This document shows positions 44,686-48,639 of a DNA stretch of 48,639 nucleotides, piece by piece (position 1 is the first letter of the stretch; each line of letters opens with the position of its first letter). The notes below the pieces were generated by a model. That model saw only the letters and a program-made list of their open reading frames with translations, was not told the origin of the DNA and did no database searches. The translations under genes and the position numbers were made by a program. The DNA comes from a virus (Duplodnaviria; Caudoviricetes). The DNA is taken from the IMG/VR virus record IMGVR_UViG_3300012943_000685, positions 1 to 48,639 of that record; one strand, 5' to 3'.

Positions 44686-45413
44686 GCCGCGGACCGGGGT
44701 TGTATGAGCGTGAAAACCCGACCACATGCGGCTACAATCCGGGCGACTGAAGCCAACAAGGGAGTGCGAAACCATGCGAAATGGGCAACGCGTAACGCCG
44801 ATGAAATGCGAATATGTGGACGCAGCGCTGGGGCAGACCGGTGGCGAAGCGCTGATCCTTCTGAGCCCCAAAGTGAAAGGCTCTTCCGCGAACCCATCCC
44901 CGTTCGCGATAGATTTGGCCTGCGCGCGGTTTCTGGCCTCGAAGCTTCAAGACCTAATCCGGGAAGCCGAACAGATGGAATGAGTGTCGTCGCCCTGCCC
45001 GCCTCGCGTAAATTTGGGCAGTCAAGCGAATGATGGCGAACGGGTTGCCTGTTTACAAAGATTTGAACTGCGCGAGGCCGATGCTCAAAGAGCACGCTAC
45101 GGTTCCCGACATCCACACACATGGAGGGGGAACCAATGAGAATTACAGTGGACCGAGCCGCAATAGAACGGCGCGCAATGAGAATGTTGATTTTAGGCTC
45201 GTTCGCGGCAGCGCGCAAAAGACATTCGCCGCGTTGGTGTCGCGAGCGATTGGTTGGACCAATCGTCGAATATCTGCGCACCCACCCGGCTCCTGTGTCC
45301 GGCAAGATAGAGACACTTCCCGTGGTCCGACTTGGCCGGGAGGAAGCAACGCACATCCTTGCCGACCATTGCCGAGCATGTGCGGGGTGCGATTTTGCTC
45401 CGAGCTGAATCAT
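44682..45413 (-). CDS. Cro-coupled 243-codon ORF antisense to two + strand genes
   Basis: ATG overlaps the cro stop; its stop overlaps the next ATG; Arg/Ser-rich product. Confidence 0.35.
   Translation of the reverse strand: MIQLGAKSHPAHARQWSARMCVASSRPSRTTGSVSILPDTGAGWVRRYSTIGPTNRSRHQRGECLLRAAANEPKINILIARRSIAARSTVILIGSPSMCVDVGNRSVLFEHRPRAVQIFVNRQPVRHHSLDCPNLREAGRATTLIPSVRLPGLGLEASRPETARRPNLSRTGMGSRKSLSLWGSEGSALRHRSAPALRPHIRISSALRVAHFAWFRTPLLASVARIVAACGRVFTLIQPRSAA
44774..44983 (+). CDS. Antisense small hypothetical protein
   Basis: RBS GGGAG; beta-beta-beta-helix pattern FAIDLACARFLASKLQDLI. Confidence 0.6.
   Translation: MRNGQRVTPMKCEYVDAALGQTGGEALILLSPKVKGSSANPSPFAIDLACARFLASKLQDLIREAEQME
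45136..45408 (+). CDS. Antisense small protein with a C-terminal Cys cluster
   Basis: RBS GGAGGGGG; HCRACAGC; stop 1 nt from the cro stop. Confidence 0.6.
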   Translation: MRITVDRAAIERRAMRMLILGSFAAARKRHSPRWCRERLVGPIVEYLRTHPAPVSGKIETLPVVRLGREEATHILADHCRACAGCDFAPS

Positions 45414-45667
45414 GCGGCAGCCGAATTGGAGTGGATGCGGCGCAGAACGGGGATATCGGAATTGTTGGCTTCGGCCAGCGGGCCGACCTTCACACCGGTT
45501 GCGTCGAAGATTCGAAGCGCCAACCCTATTGAGACACGCGGTGAGCCATCCACGATCCGACCAATATGGACCTTCGTGCAGCCAACAAGGCGGCCAAGAT
45601 CTTCATGGGTTTTGTCGTGGACCTTCAGCCAGTCACGAAGGTTGGTAATTTCGGCCGGTTCGCTCAT
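45410..45667 (-). CDS. cro: Cro-like HTH repressor
   Basis: LRDWLK....THEDLGRLVGCT..HI.RI..G; divergent from cI. Confidence 0.85.
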   Translation of the reverse strand: MSEPAEITNLRDWLKVHDKTHEDLGRLVGCTKVHIGRIVDGSPRVSIGLALRIFDATGVKVGPLAEANNSDIPVLRRIHSNSAAA

Positions 45668-45675
45668 GGCCGACA

Positions 45676-45729
45676 CTAGTAACATGGGGTGTACTATCAG
45701 CGCAATATCAAAAAACACCCCATGTTACG
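45676..45729. promoter_or_regulatory. OR operators and putative PR promoter
   Basis: GTAACATGGGGTGT at 45679-45692 and inverted at 45715-45728; - strand TTGCGC-N18-TACTAG. Confidence 0.8.
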
Positions 45730-45762
45730 ACGCCCGACATACGCTGCTTTAAAGTGTTGACC

Positions 45763-46107
45763 ATGGGCAAAAAACAGAAAAATCAGGAAAAGCTTCAGTT
45801 TGAGCCAATCGCCTTGCGGTTGGACGAGTGGCGTGAGCGCGCTGGGCTGAGCCGGGAAGAGTTGGGGGCACGCATCAACATGACCAAGGTGTCTGTCGGG
45901 CGCATGGTCAACGGCAAGCAGAATTGGAACCAAGAAGCGCTCCAACTCGCGGCTCAAGTCCTTGGCGTCGACTGGGCAGACCTTTTAACCGGGACGGGGA
46001 ATGGGGGCATTTTGGATGTTTGGGCGAAAATCCCGCCCGAGGATCGCGAGCGGGCGCTCGGCCATCTCAAACTCTACATTCGCGAAGCCGAAGAAAGCGT
46101 GGCGTAG
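45763..46107 (+). CDS. cI: CI-like XRE repressor without an S24 autoprotease domain
   Basis: LDEWRERAGLSREELGARI......VGRM.NG......L..AA.VLGV...DLL. Confidence 0.88.
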   Translation: MGKKQKNQEKLQFEPIALRLDEWRERAGLSREELGARINMTKVSVGRMVNGKQNWNQEALQLAAQVLGVDWADLLTGTGNGGILDVWAKIPPEDRERALGHLKLYIREAEESVA

Positions 46108-46130
46108 CGTCTAAAAATTGAGGGGGCTTT

Positions 46131-46553
46131 ATGAAGTGCGCTTTTTGCCTTGAGGAAATGAACGATGGCGCCAGCGTTTGTAAGGTGTGCGCGCGGACGC
46201 AGCCGGTCATCGGAGAGGTTACAGAAAAACGTCGAAATGACCTGATATTCTATGGTTTAGGCGCCACCATAATCGGGATTGTCGTCGTGGGCGCGATTTG
46301 GTTGATCTCCGATTCATGGGCCAGAGAGCATACCGTCAACAAGATCGTAGATTGTTTGCATAGCAAAGGGGACCGCGACGCCTCTGCGAGTTTCGTGAAT
46401 TTTGAAATCGACGATGCGATGAAACAAACGGGTAAGGGATGGCGTGCCAGCCTCGTCATGGCGGCAATGTTTACCACGAAATACTTCAGCCCGCAGTTGG
46501 GGCTTTGCTACCTCAGGCCTGACAATATTATCAGCGAGATGAAAGGGAACTGA
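46131..46553 (+). CDS. Zn-ribbon plus single-TM membrane protein, co-oriented behind cI
   Basis: RBS GAGGGGG; CAFC-x10-CKVC; TM LGATIIGIVVVGAIWLI. Confidence 0.85.
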   Translation: MKCAFCLEEMNDGASVCKVCARTQPVIGEVTEKRRNDLIFYGLGATIIGIVVVGAIWLISDSWAREHTVNKIVDCLHSKGDRDASASFVNFEIDDAMKQTGKGWRASLVMAAMFTTKYFSPQLGLCYLRPDNIISEMKGN

Positions 46554-46708
46554 TCAAAGCGCGGATATACTATCTCGGATCTAAGCGTCCCCTGCCGTAA
46601 CCATCACCGGTAACAGTTGATTGGTAGTAAGGGGGGGCGCGCTGATAATCACTTTGCAACTTTTGATATTTTAAGTATCCCCTGTGCAGACATGTAGAGG
46701 GGGCCGAT

Positions 46709-47563
46709 CTGAGCGAAATTGGAATAGAGCCAACAAAGTGGCCGCACGCCCCAAGAGGTCCGTGGATAAGCAATTTCCCCGACCTGATTGCCCAGTGCCA
46801 TTACAATCGGATGTTTCACCACCCGGCTTATCGGGCGGCTAAATCTGGCGCCAGCGCCGAGTCGGCCCACACTTTGGTGTCAGACTGCATCGCTGACGCC
46901 CAGATGGACCGGATCACAACCTTTTTGAATGGGCGGCGGCCCAGGGTTGTAGGCGTCCACTCGGAGGAATCTGGTGGCCGCAATAAAATCCCCACCATGT
47001 ATGCTGAAGTTTTGGCTGGAGTCCTGAATCTGGACACAGACCCGGGTATCGTTCAATCGACAGTGGCAAACCACTCCGAAGCGCCGTCTATTTATCATCG
47101 CTTTGTTTCTCCACCACTTTTTGATGGCTACGTTGAACCTGGGGCGGATTATCTGATCGTTGATGACACCTGCACGGCAGGCGGAACCTTGGCAAATCTG
47201 AAAGGATTTATTGAAGCTAGCGGGGGTAGGGTTGCAGGAATGTCGGTGCTGGCACTCCCAAATGTCGCGCTCCGGTACGAGATTTCGCTGGCCCAACCGA
47301 CACTCAAGCGTCTAATGATGAGGCACCCCAGTCTGGGTGCATACTGGATGGAGGAATTTGGTCATGACCTCGAAGGTCTCACAGAAGGGGAAGCGGGACA
47401 CCTTCTCAGCGCCCCGTCTTTTGACACCATCCGAAATCGGCTCACTGAGGCGCGACGCGATTGCGACCTCGCAAGAAGCGAAGCGGCTCATAGCCGAGCG
47501 GTCGAAACGTCAGAAGAACTCGATCAATGCGTTGATGAATATCCCGGTTCAGATGGCGGCTGA
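46709..47563 (+). CDS. Type I phosphoribosyltransferase-fold protein (probable CTG start at 46709; first ATG at 46811)
   Basis: PRPP-binding loop LIVDDTCTAGGTL; HPAYRAAKSG, GRNKIP; frame open from 46667. Confidence 0.85.
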   Translation: MSEIGIEPTKWPHAPRGPWISNFPDLIAQCHYNRMFHHPAYRAAKSGASAESAHTLVSDCIADAQMDRITTFLNGRRPRVVGVHSEESGGRNKIPTMYAEVLAGVLNLDTDPGIVQSTVANHSEAPSIYHRFVSPPLFDGYVEPGADYLIVDDTCTAGGTLANLKGFIEASGGRVAGMSVLALPNVALRYEISLAQPTLKRLMMRHPSLGAYWMEEFGHDLEGLTEGEAGHLLSAPSFDTIRNRLTEARRDCDLARSEAAHSRAVETSEELDQCVDEYPGSDGG

Positions 47564-47567
47564 GTAG
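47364..47567 (+). CDS. Nested +1-frame small basic helical protein overlapping the PRTase 3' end
   Basis: GGAGGA at 47350-47355, 8 nt before the ATG; 67 aa containing RLLTPSEIGSLRRD. Confidence 0.55.
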   Translation: MTSKVSQKGKRDTFSAPRLLTPSEIGSLRRDAIATSQEAKRLIAERSKRQKNSINALMNIPVQMAAE

Positions 47568-47592
47568 GCTTCCTGAGTAGTTTTTTGTAACC

Positions 47593-47622
47593 AAGGCCCC
47601 GCTCCGGCGGGGCTTTGTGTTT
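47593..47622 (+). terminator. Intrinsic terminator of the cI-accessory transcript
   Basis: AAGGCCCCGC-TCCG-GCGGGGCTTT followed by GTGTTT. Confidence 0.8.
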
Positions 47623-47800
47623 GTGGCCCCTGCAATCGTTTGCAACGGCCTGCCCGGGTGCCGGTAGCGGTGCCGCCACGCCCTGGTGGTCACCGCCCCC
47701 CTTCCTAAGACTGGGATCAGACGAAAGCCGCGGCCTAGCTTGCCTCACACCCTGCCGATTCCCGGTCTTGGAAGTGTTTACAGATCTGACTTAGAAAAAA

Positions 47801-47853
47801 GTAACATGTGGTGTTCTTTTGGCTTGCGCGCCAAGTAACATGTGGTGTACCTT
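47801..47853 (+). promoter_or_regulatory. OL operators and putative PL promoter
   Basis: GTAACATGTGGTGT at 47801-47814 and 47835-47848; TTGCGC-N18-TACCTT. Confidence 0.8.
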
Positions 47854-47882
47854 CCCCTCGACGCTATTCGTCAGAGGGACCA

Positions 47883-48077
47883 ATGCCCAAATCCTCCGCC
47901 TTCCCCAAAACTGCCCCCAAGGGCCGGTTAGACGCCGCCCTGACGCCTTCCACCATTGCCCGCCTGCGTGACCGCGCGGCTCGCCGGGGCCGGGCTGGCT
48001 ACCGGAACGCCAATGTCACGGTCTCCCACCTCGAACAGCTTTTGGAACTGGCTGAGAAGCGGGCGGTGCGGAAATGA
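47883..48077 (+). CDS. First early-left (PL) small basic protein
   Basis: RBS GAGGGA before ATG 47883; ATGA-coupled to the next gene. Confidence 0.65.
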   Translation: MPKSSAFPKTAPKGRLDAALTPSTIARLRDRAARRGRAGYRNANVTVSHLEQLLELAEKRAVRK

Positions 48078-48346
48078 ACCTCGCACTCGATATCGCCGAG
48101 GCCGTGCGCCCGGTGTTCCCCGCCTATTGCGACTTCATAGCTGACCGAATCCACCGGGCGCTTCAGAGCAGCGTGGCTACGGCAGAACACGGCGCGCTGC
48201 TCACGGCGACAACCCGCGTCCGGTCCGATCTGCATCCGCAAGGCGGATACCTGCTCACCACCAAGAAAACCATTCTGGTCGCTGATCGGAATGGTCGTGC
48301 CTACCGGGTGACTGTTGAAGAAGTCCCTGCTTCGGAGGGCGTGTGA
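48074..48346 (+). CDS. Small hypothetical protein
   Basis: 90 aa, ends GRAYRVTVEE; coupled. Confidence 0.7.
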   Translation: MNLALDIAEAVRPVFPAYCDFIADRIHRALQSSVATAEHGALLTATTRVRSDLHPQGGYLLTTKKTILVADRNGRAYRVTVEEVPASEGV

Positions 48347-48639
48347 TGGCCGATCATATAACTAAGACCTTCATGCACCGCTTCCGCTCTTGGCTGCCGG
48401 AGGTTGAATGCAAACGCTGGACGAATCCTGACGGATCAGAGGGCGCAATCGTTGCGCTGACCGCGCGGATTTCGGCCGGTATCACGCTCAAAGCAAGCGT
48501 TGAAGTGATGGCGGATGCGTCCATCGGCTCCCGCGCGTCCATCGGCGACGGCGCGTCCATCGGCGACGGCGCGTCCATCGGCGACGGCGCGTCCATCGGC
48601 GACGGCGCGTCCATCGGCGACGGCGCGTCCATCGGCGAC
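48346..48639 (+). CDS. Hexapeptide-repeat (left-handed beta-helix) protein, truncated by the window edge
   Basis: TGATG-coupled start; MADHITK...WTNPDGSEGAIVA...ASIGSR-(ASIGDG)n; absent from the ORF track because there is no stop. Confidence 0.85.
   Translation, partial: MADHITKTFMHRFRSWLPEVECKRWTNPDGSEGAIVALTARISAGITLKASVEVMADASIGSRASIGDGASIGDGASIGDGASIGDGASIGDGASIGD
48517..48639 (+). repeat. 18-bp tandem repeat GCGTCCATCGGCGACGGC
   Basis: One degenerate, five perfect and one partial copy running into the sequence end. Confidence 0.97.

Larger units (their letters stand above)
1908..48639. mobile_element. Temperate siphovirus-type prophage, truncated at the right edge; left boundary uncertain (may extend to position 1)
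   Basis: Syntenic immunity, replication, packaging, head, tail and lysis modules; no integrase or att site in the window. Confidence 0.95.

Noticed and set aside
48354-48632. - strand ORF of MDAPSP repeats
   Set aside because: Shadow of the coupled + strand hexapeptide-repeat gene
48517-48639. Possible CRISPR array
   Set aside because: Head-to-tail 18-bp repeats with no spacers, in frame within a CDS; no cas genes

Overview
Most of the window (about 1.9 kb to the right edge) is a temperate siphovirus-type prophage of an alphaproteobacterial host. Host assignment rests on a GTTC-N7-GTTC LexA box, an alpha-type LexA domain and a GapR-like gene. From the right edge, the window shows the start of the early PL arm on the + strand, ending in an 18-bp tandem repeat at the edge, so the integrase and att site are outside the window. 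Next is an immunity region with cro/cI, four copies of a GTAACATG(G/T)GGTGT operator and accessory genes in the lambda rexAB position. On the - strand follow the early/replication operon (LexA-like domain, RuvC-like resolvase, two adenine methyltransferases, HNH, DUF1376 initiator with iterons, NusG-like antiterminator), terminase, HK97-type head with a MuF gene, and a neck/fibre module. Then come a non-contractile tail with GTA-like tip genes, the lysis cassette and post-lysis cargo. The left end has a divergent HicB/HicA-like pair, an SRAP remnant and an SOS-boxed Y-family polymerase coupled to a Zn-finger protein. The most unusual signals are: (1) a phosphoribosyltransferase-fold gene behind cI with an apparent non-ATG start and a nested +1-frame ORF with a strong RBS (candidate toxin-antitoxin or defence module); (2) a dual-strand coding block below cro, where five consecutive stop/start-coupled junctions carry - strand ORFs across three antisense genes; (3) a ~130-nt multi-stem RNA candidate at the end of the late transcript; (4) two paralogous Zn-ribbon membrane morons 28 kb apart. 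All family assignments come from motif recognition by eye, not database searches.
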